Below, in pieces: positions 52,839-64,000 of a stretch of 64,000 nt of DNA. Source of the DNA: TPA_inf: Saccharomyces (taxonomy: Eukaryota); assembly GCA_000146045.2 (NCBI GenBank), contig BK006944.2, positions 96,001 to 160,000 on the forward strand, read 5' to 3'. Both the position numbers and the translations under genes were made by a program. Below the pieces are notes generated by a model. The model did no database searches. It worked only from the letters and a program-made list of their open reading frames with translations, and was not told the origin of the DNA. Each line of letters opens with the position of its first letter. Within the stretch, counting starts at the first letter, position 1.

Positions 52839-53385
52839 TCAATCCCGCCAAAAGCACCTTTAAATGATATCAACTTTTTTGTGAAAATATTAGTAAGCTA
52901 TTTAAAACGGGAAAGAAAACTTGAGAGAGGACTGACGAGGGAATCATGTTTATATTCGGATCATCGCGAATCTACGCAATGGTGTATCCTACTTTCTCAC
53001 ATTTTGGTTTTTCCCGCTTTCGGAAGGAACTGCAAAACCGCCGAGAGGACTTTCTCTTTTTGCAATATTTGAAGTATATACCAATAATTAAGAAGGTGAA
53101 CAGGCATTTTACATATTCATTATAGATAGTGTATGTGCGCATCTATTAGTTGTGGTTTTCTGCTACAAAAATTTATCGTCTAAATAATTCAAGTTCTTTT
53201 TCTAGGTCGAAGAAAAAATCGCTGTCATCCTCATTTGTATTTTGGTTTGTACCATCATTGACATTTATATCGTGACCTGGGGGAGACGATGAAACTGGGC
53301 TCATTTTTGTTATATTTGGCTCAGTAGGTCCGTTCAGTAGTTCACTATTTTCATGCTTAGTATCTTGTTTGAAGGTGTTTTCCTT

Positions 53386-54687
53386 TTAGTTAACACCCTG
53401 AAATGAATTAGAGCTTATTCCCATAAGGTTTTGATATGGCTGGGTTGTAGTTAGTGATGGAAGTTGGCTTACATAGGAAAATTCAGGACTATAACTGGGT
53501 AAAACTTTCCTAGAAGGATGGACCTGTACAACTTCTTGAGGAATGGCATCCTCTAAAGATAGTGATGATGATGGGGAATCACCGCTAATAGGATGTTTTC
53601 TAACAACTTTCCTGAAATCAAATACTTCCTTTATAACTTCGTTTCCTAATTCCGCCATACTTTCGATATGCTCGAATTCGAATCTAAAGGTCTTTTGACA
53701 TGAGAATTCCTCATCTATATCATGCCACATTGACAAATATGGATGCTCTAGTGCATCCTCTACAGTAATCCTTTTTTTAGGATCAAATTCTAGCATTTTC
53801 TTTAGCAATTCAAGCGCTTCTGGATTAGCACCAGGTAGTATGCTTTCAAACGATCTTCCCGGGATATTACCGAACTGAAAGATATAATTATACACCTTTT
53901 GAGAGGCAATTTCCTGCAATGTTTCCTCAGGTGGTGTTCCAAGTATTTGTAGAATATGATTCAAATGATCTACATAATCCTTCCCTTCAAACATTGGTTT
54001 CCTACCAAGTAGTTCGGCCAAGATACAGCCTGTTGACCAAATATCGACAGCTTTTGTGCATTCTTGATAATTCAGCAAAATTTCTGGTGCTTTATACCAT
54101 ATCGAGGTTATATAACCCTTAATGAAGCCGTCGTTAACCTTGTGGTTTTCTGAATAACTACACGATAGCCCAAAATTACAAATTTTTAGTTGGCAATCAC
54201 TATTAACAAGTAAGTTTTTTGGTTTCAGGTCACAATGTAAAACATTAGCAGAATGTATGTATTTCAGAGCACACAGTATCTGATATATGAAGCTTTGAAA
54301 GTGTGCGTCTTCCAGGCGTTGTTCGGACCTTATAATTTGAGAAAGGTCACATTCCATTAGTTCTTCATATAAATAAACGCCATTTAGTGCCCCATTTGGG
54401 TAAAATACTATATCAGTATCGAAGAGCCACACTATATTTGGGTGCCCTCTTAAATGTCTTAGTAGTTTCAATTCACGAAGAGTTCTCTTGCAAGATAGTT
54501 TATTGCCAAACGCGTTTGGTATTTTTCTGATAGCCACGTGAGTTTCCTCGTTCGATTCTGTGTAAGTTGAAGAACAAATAAGGCTGTGTGAGCCCCGACC
54601 AATCTTACCTGTCAAATGAAAATGTTTATTTAGGATAAAATCTTGGCCGAATGCACGGAAAATACACCTCTCGGTGTCAGTCGCCAT
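53386..54687 (-). CDS. KDX1: MAP-kinase-like protein, Slt2 paralogue (pseudokinase-like), 433 aa.
   Basis: MAPK fold with the VAIK catalytic Lys replaced by Arg (HVAIRKIP) and the activation-loop TEY replaced by KGY (FIKGYITSIWYKAPE); HCDLKPKN and DFGLS motifs are present. Confidence 0.92.
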   Translation of the reverse strand: MATDTERCIFRAFGQDFILNKHFHLTGKIGRGSHSLICSSTYTESNEETHVAIRKIPNAFGNKLSCKRTLRELKLLRHLRGHPNIVWLFDTDIVFYPNGALNGVYLYEELMECDLSQIIRSEQRLEDAHFQSFIYQILCALKYIHSANVLHCDLKPKNLLVNSDCQLKICNFGLSCSYSENHKVNDGFIKGYITSIWYKAPEILLNYQECTKAVDIWSTGCILAELLGRKPMFEGKDYVDHLNHILQILGTPPEETLQEIASQKVYNYIFQFGNIPGRSFESILPGANPEALELLKKMLEFDPKKRITVEDALEHPYLSMWHDIDEEFSCQKTFRFEFEHIESMAELGNEVIKEVFDFRKVVRKHPISGDSPSSSLSLEDAIPQEVVQVHPSRKVLPSYSPEFSYVSQLPSLTTTQPYQNLMGISSNSFQGVN

Positions 54688-57268
54688 TTAATTGTGAATC
54701 TTTCTTCGATATCAAACTATTCCAGGCCGAATTAATCTGGCGGTAAGTCACCTTTAGTTATCCTTCCATTTTGTCCCTTTTCATCCAGTCTCAAACGACA
54801 ATTAGGACTTACATTAAATAGGCTTTTTGCCTAGTATAACATCATAAAAGTACCTTCTTTTGTTTCTTCCAAAAAAAGACAGTAACCATCTGAAAAGAAC
54901 GTCATTGTCGAAAATTACAAAGTTTGTGGCAGCGCTTTTTACTGCAGCAAGTCAATTGCTTTCATGGCATTTTCAATCAAAATACGAGTTCTTACTAATT
55001 CCTACGGTGCTTCCTGCATTGATTGATCGCGAGTTACTATTTTTAACTCGAATGGGTCTGCGCGTGTTTCTCCGGTGTTGTTCAAAATAATCTGTTTGCT
55101 GCGTTTAATAACTACAACAGTTAACGGAAACAGTGAAATTTATTGGGGACTTTCAAGTAACGAATAATCATGCTGGTAGAAATATTTCTATTTTTATAAT
55201 TAACAAATCTTTTAATGACGTCTTGTGGGCTGAAAACTACGGCGTTTATTTTTTAGATAGGTTATTCCTTCGTTGGATTGAGTAAGAAAATGTCGATACT
55301 GTGTTACGTTTGCAAGGAAAAGATTTAGTTGCGATTAGCCATTCATTCTTGTGGAAACTTCTTTAAAAAGGGATGGCGATGGAGTACTTATGTCCAATTA
55401 TGAAGTCAAATTTATTTTCAAACCGTTACACGTAGATTATTTTCCTGCAGTGGTAAGTATCTTTGAAGTGTTGAAAGTTTTTTGGCACATATTTTTTTGC
55501 GGATGTGGGCCTGAGTTTCCTGTTAGAAACAAAGATATGCTTAAAACTAAATAACATTGGAAATTAGGGCATAGTCTTCAATGTTATACTTAAACATCAC
55601 AGCAGGAGATTGAGATGATTGAAAGAATGGTGCAAGAAATGATTCATTAACATTCTTCCAAGTTTTGCAATATTTGCAAGTATTACTATCAGACTTTAGT
55701 TGAAGTGACTATGCTATTACCAAATTTCACTGGAGCCAGAAAAATAAAGATCACTTAGAGACAAAGAAAAGTAACATCTTCAACATAAGCCGGAGCTCAA
55801 AAGTAGGAAATCGGATAAGAAACTTGATTCTGTTATTTCAAGTGATTTTTTGCTGTATCGCCCACGTTCTTGTTGTAGATGTTTTGTAGATGTGGGACCG
55901 AAAGTAAGTGAACAGTGAAGTAAACAGAATAGGATTCTAAAAAAGAGCTTATAAACTGTTCTTTAAAATTTTTTCTTTCGTGAATGTCCTCGAGCTATCT
56001 CAAAGAAAACGAAATCTTCATTCAACTTAAGTGTAGGTATTATTTGCTGTTTCATCAAATGCGGCACCAAAGTGGAAGTATTCTAGTCAGTTAGTTTTTC
56101 ATTGTGAGGAATTGATATGTCGTTCTCTGATAGAACCACGCTAAGTTGGTGTTCAATTTTTTGCAATTCGGTAGTAATTATGCCTTGCAACATGTTTTAT
56201 TCTTTTATAGTGTGATACCGTCAATATGATGATTTGCGGTGGAGCATGCATGTGCTTACTAGAAGTGCTGCTCTGGTGGGCATTTTAGGGACAAGAATAA
56301 ATTCTTCTCTCCACTATCTGAACTTCCGTTATTCTTCTGCACGTAATTGCCGTTTTTAGGATTTTTTGGAGTTGTCACGGTATAGATATGTCTTATTGCG
56401 TGATTTCACGGTGTCTTGCACACAACATTTCCAGGTCACAATATTTGGTTCGAGGTTCCCAGCAAGAATTCATTATCCTTTTCAATGTGTCGCATTAAAT
56501 CATTATCCAAAAACAAAAGAACTTAAGAAGTACAAAAGACACTTGAAGTATGCTAGCGTAAGAAATACGGTAACCAATATTTATATGTAACATGCTTATT
56601 CTGTCATGATTTCACAGTTCAAACTACATTCCTATTCAAAATCATCGCGTTAGTGAGACAAAATCGGTGGGAGAGATGTTAGACAAAAAGATGACAACAT
56701 TGGAAATAAACCACGACGAAAAATACCTTTGAAAGGATCTTTTTTCGATTTTCCTGTGAATTTGTAGGCTTTTGATGGTACGAGGGTAAACCAAACTGGA
56801 CGGGAAATCACCATTATTAGTCCTATGTAGAGCCTCGTCACCATACCTATATAAACATAACTATTCTTTTAAGTACTTAAACGGCTTTTTTCTGAAACAA
56901 ATAGCCAATGTTTTCATAACGAAGATTCCAAAGTTACTTAACGCTCTTCAGGCACTTCCTTATTTATTATGACACGTACAAAATAATAAATTCGTAGTTA
57001 TAAGATTATCTTATCATATTTAAAATATCTCTTCTTTCAGTTGAAATTGGGCCCAAAATTTTTACCCCATAGCGTTAAAATTAAACAAAAACTGCTATTT
57101 CGGTGACAAATTGTAAAAATTCTGAAAACGGAAGAAACAAAAACGTTTAAAATGATTAAACTTTGGTAAAGCAATAATCTACAAATAATTGGAAAAGGAA
57201 TAGTAATAAAGATGGGGAGAATTATGAAGAAGAATGTCATAAAAAACACTGAAAACAATTAACGAGCC

Positions 57269-57706
57269 ATGGGTAAAAGAAAGAAGTCAACAAGAAAGCC
57301 TACCAAGAGACTGGTCCAAAAATTAGATACGAAATTCAATTGTTTATTTTGTAATCATGAAAAATCAGTTTCATGCACTCTGGACAAAAAAAATAGTATA
57401 GGAACTTTATCGTGCAAGATTTGTGGGCAGTCGTTCCAAACGCGCATAAATTCATTATCACAGCCTGTTGATGTATATAGTGATTGGTTTGACGCCGTCG
57501 AAGAAGTCAATTCTGGCCGTGGAAGTGACACAGATGATGGTGACGAAGGTTCTGATAGTGATTACGAAAGTGATTCAGAGCAAGATGCTAAAACGCAAAA
57601 TGATGGCGAAATAGATTCTGATGAAGAGGAGGTAGACTCGGACGAGGAGAGGATAGGCCAAGTTAAAAGAGGCAGAGGCGCCTTGGTAGATAGTGACGAT
57701 GAATAA
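57269..57706 (+). CDS. ELF1: Transcription elongation factor Elf1, 145 aa.
   Basis: N-terminal C4 zinc ribbon ([12 protein letters not shown]...CKICG) and an acidic Ser/Asp-rich C-terminal tail. Confidence 0.93.
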   Translation: MGKRKKSTRKPTKRLVQKLDTKFNCLFCNHEKSVSCTLDKKNSIGTLSCKICGQSFQTRINSLSQPVDVYSDWFDAVEEVNSGRGSDTDDGDEGSDSDYESDSEQDAKTQNDGEIDSDEEEVDSDEERIGQVKRGRGALVDSDDE

Positions 57707-57815
57707 TCCGGTCCTGAGAAAAAACCATATTTACTTAGGTCATATATATTTTATATTTTAAAGCAACCACCCGTAAGCATTTAAGTCTCTTAAGCCAACA
57801 AATCGCCTCGCCATC

Positions 57816-58451
57816 TTAATCATCGTCATCAGTATCGAATATAGATTTTGGTGGGAAAGCGGTTTTAACGTGGTCCGCTAATTGCATCTGTCCATTTCCA
57901 TCGTTCGTGGGACATCTATCAATGGTAATTGCGCCCACCTTTGATTTCAATAACGTGAAAGTACCATTGTTATTTTTGTCTGGATTATTAGGCAATAGTT
58001 GGCTAGCTTCCAACCGCTGCTGCTGGTCCTGTTGTATATGACTTTGTATATGCCTTTGTGGCGCATCCTCACATTTGCTGAAATCGAATTCGGGAGGTGG
58101 TGATGCTGGGGGCGATATCAGGAACATTTTTTCACTCTCTGGTACCTTCAAGTATTGTTTAGTTAAATTCCTTTGTCCGTCTTGCAAGGAGTAGCTGAAG
58201 TTAAAATTTTCCATTTCTAAAGCACGAGACGCATCCATAACATGCTGAGATATATCATGACTGGGGCAGATCAACAGTATTCTTTTAAACCTTTTCAAAA
58301 TAATCAACTGTAGTGGTTCATTTTCATTGATTTGAAACTTCCTTAAGATATTCTTGGATAGCCAAACCTGGATTCTTTCAACATTATCATTATCAACAAT
58401 GTCGCACTTATCCGAGGTTATAATTATCGTATCCGTTATAATATTACCCAT
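57816..58451 (-). CDS. RCN1: Calcipressin (regulator of calcineurin), 211 aa.
   Basis: RCAN-family signature FLISPPASPPPEF and the C-terminal calcineurin-docking region. Confidence 0.93.
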   Translation of the reverse strand: MGNIITDTIIITSDKCDIVDNDNVERIQVWLSKNILRKFQINENEPLQLIILKRFKRILLICPSHDISQHVMDASRALEMENFNFSYSLQDGQRNLTKQYLKVPESEKMFLISPPASPPPEFDFSKCEDAPQRHIQSHIQQDQQQRLEASQLLPNNPDKNNNGTFTLLKSKVGAITIDRCPTNDGNGQMQLADHVKTAFPPKSIFDTDDDD

Positions 58452-58990
58452 CTGCAGTTCTGTGTTTTATATATCGGTTGGTTTATTGCTTGATCTTTTT
58501 GGCCCTCTTTTTTTCATGGAATTACTGTATTTAAAAAGAAAACCATACTTTATATAGAAGTCATTGGGCAGAAGGGTCTTGTCAACGAGCCGCCTAGGAA
58601 CTACACCTGACAGCAACTTGCGGCAAGATAGTAAGATAGCATAATTCAAAGCCTCTTGAACCTTACAGCGCCTTGCCGCGGTTTGGTAAACTTCTAAACT
58701 GTGTATGTTACACGTGAAGCGAGGCTTGGAACACCTAAGAAGAGATCCTTTTCATATTTACTATCCATCAACACTGCGCCTTTTCGTGATGATGCATTTG
58801 ATAGTATGGCAGATGTGCTACGGTACTTCGATCTAATGTGCTCTTAGACAGATATGCTAAATAATTTCAATCTAATTCGTCCGCGTTGTAAATTAAGAAA
58901 TCATGTAAACGTTATATCAAGAAATAACAATCGAAGGATAGTTCAAAAAATCTGACATAAAAAGGTACTTAAAAACACAGGTTGCATAAT

Positions 58991-59271
58991 ATGCCAATTG
59001 TTCGGTGGCTATTATTGAAAAGCGCAGTTAGAGGTTCTTCTCTAATAGGCAAAGCTCACCCTTGTTTAAGGTCTATTGCTGCACACCCTAGGTATTTATC
59101 TAATGTGTACTCACCACCAGCAGGCGTCAGTAGATCACTGCGCATCAATGTAATGTGGAAGCAGAGTAAATTAACTCCCCCAAGATTTGTGAAGATCATG
59201 AATAGACGCCCTCTGTTCACAGAAACTAGTCACGCCTGTGCGAAGTGCCAAAAAACGTCACAATTACTAAA
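58991..59271 (+). CDS. APE2: Aminopeptidase 2, exon 1 (93 codons plus 2 nt), encoding an N-terminal presequence-like extension.
   Basis: ATG at 58991 (MPIVRWLLLKSAVRGSS...; the track ORF starts three codons earlier at TTG). The frame runs into GTATGT at 59272. Confidence 0.8.
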
Positions 59272-59654
59272 GTATGTTTACACAAAAGCTTAACAAAGAA
59301 ACAAGGAAAAGATATACATAATATAAATTACCACTGATTATTTTGAACATGAGACCGAAATACCAGGATGTATTACTAGCCTTGTTTACCATTCTTCAAC
59401 TGGTGATTACAAAGTGAGTTCTCATTCATTGTTACCCTCATATTCTTATCTTCTGCAGCAGGAAAAAGGGATTTACCCAACTAATTGACTTTGATAGAAT
59501 TGTGATTGCAATAGCTTAGGTAATATTTCAGTTAGACTACGACATCCAGTTATTTTTTTCTATTTCTCTGCTCGTTACCGACCTTTGAGTTCTTACTAAC
59601 TTACATTCTCTATTAATTGTACCCAAAAGTACGAAGGACAACTAAAATGACCAG

Positions 59655-62232
59655 TAAAACCCCAAATCGTGAAATTCTTCCTGATAATGTCGTTCCTTTA
59701 CACTACGATTTAACCGTGGAACCTGATTTCAAAACATTCAAATTTGAAGGCTCAGTCAAAATTGAGCTAAAAATTAATAATCCTGCAATTGATACGGTAA
59801 CATTGAACACCGTCGATACCGACATCCATTCTGCAAAAATCGGTGATGTCACATCTTCCGAGATTATCTCTGAAGAGGAGCAACAAGTCACCACATTTGC
59901 GTTTCCTAAAGGGACCATGTCTTCTTTCAAGGGTAATGCATTTTTGGATATAAAATTTACTGGTATTTTAAATGATAATATGGCTGGCTTTTACAGAGCC
60001 AAATATGAGGACAAGTTAACAGGTGAGACAAAATACATGGCTACTACTCAGATGGAACCTACTGATGCTAGAAGGGCCTTCCCATGTTTTGATGAGCCTA
60101 ACTTGAAAGCCTCTTTTGCTATTACTTTAGTTTCAGACCCATCTTTGACACACCTATCCAATATGGACGTCAAGAACGAATACGTAAAGGATGGAAAAAA
60201 GGTCACTTTGTTCAATACGACCCCTAAAATGTCAACTTACCTTGTTGCTTTTATTGTTGCTGAATTGAAGTACGTTGAATCCAAGAACTTTCGTATTCCT
60301 GTCAGAGTTTACGCCACCCCAGGTAACGAAAAACATGGTCAGTTTGCCGCGGATTTGACTGCCAAGACTTTGGCATTTTTTGAAAAAACTTTTGGCATCC
60401 AATATCCTCTACCTAAAATGGACAATGTTGCTGTTCACGAATTTTCTGCAGGAGCTATGGAAAATTGGGGGTTAGTCACTTATAGAGTGGTTGATCTACT
60501 ACTAGACAAAGATAACTCTACATTAGATCGTATTCAAAGAGTGGCTGAGGTAGTTCAACATGAATTAGCTCACCAATGGTTTGGTAACTTAGTTACTATG
60601 GACTGGTGGGAAGGCTTATGGCTAAATGAAGGTTTTGCTACTTGGATGTCATGGTATTCATGTAATGAGTTTCAACCAGAATGGAAAGTTTGGGAACAGT
60701 ATGTTACTGATACCTTACAACATGCATTAAGCCTTGACTCTTTAAGGTCCTCTCATCCGATCGAAGTACCTGTAAAAAAAGCTGACGAAATTAACCAAAT
60801 CTTTGATGCCATCTCTTACTCAAAGGGTGCTTCTTTATTAAGGATGATTTCGAAATGGTTAGGTGAAGAAACTTTTATTAAAGGTGTATCCCAATACCTG
60901 AATAAATTTAAATACGGTAATGCGAAGACTGAAGACCTATGGGATGCTTTAGCGGACGCCTCCGGTAAAGACGTTCGTTCTGTGATGAACATCTGGACTA
61001 AAAAAGTTGGTTTCCCAGTCATTTCAGTTAGCGAAGATGGTAACGGTAAAATAACATTTCGCCAAAACCGTTACTTAAGCACAGCTGATGTCAAGCCCGA
61101 CGAGGACAAAACCATCTATCCTGTATTTTTGGCTTTGAAGACTAAAAATGGAGTTGACAGTTCCGTTGTATTGAGTGAAAGAAGCAAAACTATTGAATTA
61201 GAAGATCCTACCTTTTTCAAAGTTAACAGCGAACAATCCGGAATTTATATAACATCCTACACCGATGAAAGATGGGCAAAACTGGGTCAACAAGCTGACT
61301 TATTGTCTGTTGAGGACCGTGTCGGTCTGGTTGCTGATGTCAAGACACTATCTGCTTCTGGCTACACTTCAACTACTAATTTTTTGAACTTAGTCTCCAA
61401 ATGGAATAATGAAAAGTCATTTGTCGTCTGGGACCAAATAATCAACAGCATATCTTCAATGAAATCTACTTGGTTATTCGAACCAAAGGAAACCCAGGAT
61501 GCGCTTGATAACTTCACGAAGCAACTAATAAGCGGTATGACACACCACTTGGGTTGGGAATTCAAATCTTCTGATTCGTTCTCCACTCAACGTTTGAAAG
61601 TGACCATGTTTGGTGCTGCTTGTGCCGCAAGGGACGCAGACGTTGAAAAAGCTGCTCTAAAAATGTTTACTGATTATTGCAGCGGTAATAAGGAAGCCAT
61701 CCCAGCATTGATTAAACCAATTGTATTTAACACTGTGGCAAGAGTTGGTGGTGCAGAAAACTATGAAAAAGTTTACAAAATCTACTTAGATCCAATCTCT
61801 AACGATGAAAAATTAGCCGCATTAAGATCTTTAGGCAGATTTAAAGAACCTAAATTATTAGAAAGAACCTTAGGATATTTGTTTGATGGCACTGTCTTAA
61901 ACCAAGACATTTATATTCCAATGCAAGGAATGAGAGCTCATCAAGAAGGTGTAGAGGCTTTGTGGAATTGGGTTAAAAAGAACTGGGACGAACTCGTAAA
62001 GAGACTACCTCCTGGTCTTTCAATGCTAGGCTCCGTCGTCACATTAGGTACCTCTGGCTTTACATCAATGCAAAAAATAGATGAGATTAAGAAATTCTTT
62101 GCCACTAAATCCACGAAAGGTTTCGATCAAAGTTTGGCTCAATCACTGGACACTATTACTTCGAAAGCGCAGTGGGTTAACAGAGACCGTGATGTCGTCA
62201 ACAAGTATTTGAAGGAAAATGGTTACTATTAA
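59655..62232 (+). CDS. APE2: Aminopeptidase 2 (M1 zinc metallo-aminopeptidase), exon 2. The intron is 59272..59654 (383 nt); spliced product is 952 aa.
   Basis: TACTAAC at 59594..59600. The acceptor is chosen as the CAG at 59652..59654, which restores the frame (the two upstream AAG sites at 59629 and 59636 do not, or do so only via a 958-aa product). M1 motifs GAMENWG and HELAHQWFGN...WLNEGFA (HEXXH+E). The 952-aa total equals the known length. Confidence 0.8.
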
Positions 62233-62612
62233 GAAAAAATCTCTTTTCTAGCCATTTTGCCTTTTTATATAGTCAAGTATCTATATGTGACAAATACTTC
62301 TTCTAAGCTTGGCCTTCTGATAGGCTTAGCTTGCAGTGGTTGCAAACATACATAAATCAACAAAAAAGTACGGCTTAAAATTTTGGTATTCATTTATTTC
62401 AACCCGTGCACACTGGAAATAAATCTGTACATAACAGCATATTTTGTTTTTGAAAAAATTTCTGTGTTCCTCCGATGTGGGAAGAATTTTAGGATCGGCT
62501 AAATTTCGTAAAGTATCAGTAACTTGGTATCTCTGTATAAGCGGAGTCTAATTTCGATAACAAGCAACTTCATCGTAACACCTTCCAACAAAGCAAAGAT
62601 AGATATCCCAAA

Positions 62613-62615
62613 ATG
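62613..62615 (+). CDS. RPS27A: Ribosomal protein S27A (eS27), exon 1, which is the ATG start codon only.
   Basis: aaaATG is followed directly by GTATGT (62616..62621). The intron 62616..62966 has TTTACTAAC at about 62926..62934 and a CAACAG acceptor. Confidence 0.8.
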
Positions 62616-62966
62616 GTATGTTAGTATCCAATAAATGCAGCGCAACTGGACCAGTGAATAGAACAATACATATAGATAAGTCGCAAAAAGAAAAGAATAC
62701 ATGTGGTGGAAAATTTTGCACCAAGAGAGGCAAGAACTATGAAGAAAGACTTTTGAAATATTTCAAGCGGTTGCTACATATAGTGGATAAGATTCAGGAT
62801 GGACGTATGAGCTTACAGTTCATTGTAGGGGAATATAAAATTCTGATGATGGCGAACTTCATTCCCAGCAACTCAAGCTATTGTTATTTTTCTATTCTGC
62901 ACCGAGATGAGGAGAAAAAAGGAAGTTTACTAACAGTTAGATTTATTTCTTATTCGTCTACAACAG

Positions 62967-63212
62967 GTTTTAGTTCAAGATTTATTGCACCCAACTGCAG
63001 CTTCTGAAGCAAGAAAGCACAAATTAAAGACATTAGTCCAAGGTCCAAGATCGTACTTCCTAGACGTTAAGTGCCCAGGTTGTTTGAACATCACTACAGT
63101 TTTCTCACACGCCCAAACTGCAGTTACCTGCGAATCCTGCTCAACAATTTTGTGCACCCCAACTGGTGGTAAGGCAAAGCTTTCTGAGGGTACATCTTTC
63201 AGAAGAAAGTAA
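62967..63212 (+). CDS. RPS27A: Ribosomal protein S27A, exon 2 (81 codons plus stop); the total is 82 aa ([20 protein letters not shown]...SFRRK).
   Basis: Exon 2 begins GTTTTAGTTCAAGATTTATTGCAC in frame with the track ORF 62985..63212. C4 zinc finger CPGC...CESC. Confidence 0.85.
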
Positions 63213-63455
63213 TTTCATTACTAGACAGATGAAACGAAATTTACTTCAAAAGAAGAGCATTAATAAAGTGATTCAATTATGGAACCAGCAGGGTAGGTTT
63301 TATCATATATAATATACACTCAGTTGTCATCTTTATTGGCTTTTTAGAAACGCTGCAACAAACTGTACTATATATATATCATATTCACGTATGTAGAATA
63401 TTAAAGTATTGAATATATTAATATTATTACTTTATTTCCAGTTACTTACAATTTC

Positions 63456-64000
63456 CTATTTTCTATTTACATGTTGTAAAAAATCGTTGCCGTGAAAAGT
63501 GGACAATTTCTTCATTACCTCAAAGTTTGAGAACTGATGATCATCAAATTGAAGAGAGTCCTCCAATTCATTATAAGATTCCATAGCCTTTCTAGCTTTT
63601 TGACGTTCTTCCTTTTTCAACTGCTTGATTCTCTCCTTTTCTAGCTTGTGGAACTTCTTAACATTCAAGTCTCCCAGCCCTTTAATCTGTGTTTTGGCCG
63701 CTGAGGCCCATAAATCACCTTTCTTACTCTTTCTGGCATCGTGGTATATTTGTTTAGAAAACGACCGCGAAACCGTCCATTTTTCAAGTTCTCCTGATGG
63801 CGCACATAAATCCATCATAACATGACCTTTACGTTTGACAGGATCATTGATAATTCTAGGCCAGGAATTTTGCGTGTCATCACCCAGTGATCCAATGTCA
63901 TATTTGCCGTTCACATTTTCATTCCGTAATTTCTTAATTTCTTTCAACGTATTTTCGTCCTTATGTGATCTCTCGAATATTAAATAGGAGTAGTTTAAAA
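63456..64000 (-). CDS. RSM22: Mitochondrial ribosomal small-subunit protein / putative methyltransferase Rsm22, C-terminal part only. The gene continues beyond the window end.
   Basis: Open minus-strand frame from the stop at 63456 to the window edge. Its position after RPS27A matches YKL155C. Confidence 0.7.
   Translation of the reverse strand, partial: LNYSYLIFERSHKDENTLKEIKKLRNENVNGKYDIGSLGDDTQNSWPRIINDPVKRKGHVMMDLCAPSGELEKWTVSRSFSKQIYHDARKSKKGDLWASAAKTQIKGLGDLNVKKFHKLEKERIKQLKKEERQKARKAMESYNELEDSLQFDDHQFSNFEVMKKLSTFHGNDFLQHVNRK

Overview
This window is a contiguous, ordinary stretch of the Saccharomyces cerevisiae nuclear genome (chromosome XI left arm) running from SPE1 to the 3' end of RSM22, in S288C ORF-name order YKL184W to YKL155C. 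I recognised about 30 protein-coding genes from their translated sequences: SPE1, LOT5, FAS1, PRS1, RPL17A (spliced), COY1, STE3, LST4, ZRT3, TPO5, SNU114, EBP2, NNK1, MRPL38, KKQ8, MRP49, TPK3, MCD4, PIR1, PIR3, YKL162C, KDX1, ELF1, RCN1, APE2 (spliced), RPS27A (spliced), and RSM22 (partial). There is also one tRNA-Glu(UUC) gene with Ty LTR debris upstream of it, several coding microsatellites and tandem repeats, and a few recognisable promoter elements (STE3 P'Q box, FAS1 ICRE, ZRT3 ZRE, an RPL17A Rap1-like site). The supplied ORF track uses TTG/CTG/GTG as alternative starts (for example SPE1, ZRT3, TPK3, COY1 and APE2 begin at TTG), so I moved starts to the first in-frame ATG where that matches the known protein length. 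Gene order is uninterrupted and intergenic distances are normal; I see no foreign insertion, prokaryote-type system or CRISPR. The most interesting element not in the ORF list is a decayed third PIR-family cell-wall gene, a pseudogene relic on the minus strand at about 50005..50610 between PIR3 and YKL162C. It mirrors the three-gene PIR cluster on chromosome X. Other points worth a second look are the APE2 5' exon/intron architecture with an in-frame intronic ATG, the RPS27A exon 1 that consists only of ATG, the catalytically crippled MAP-kinase paralogue KDX1, and several long ORF-free intergenic regions.
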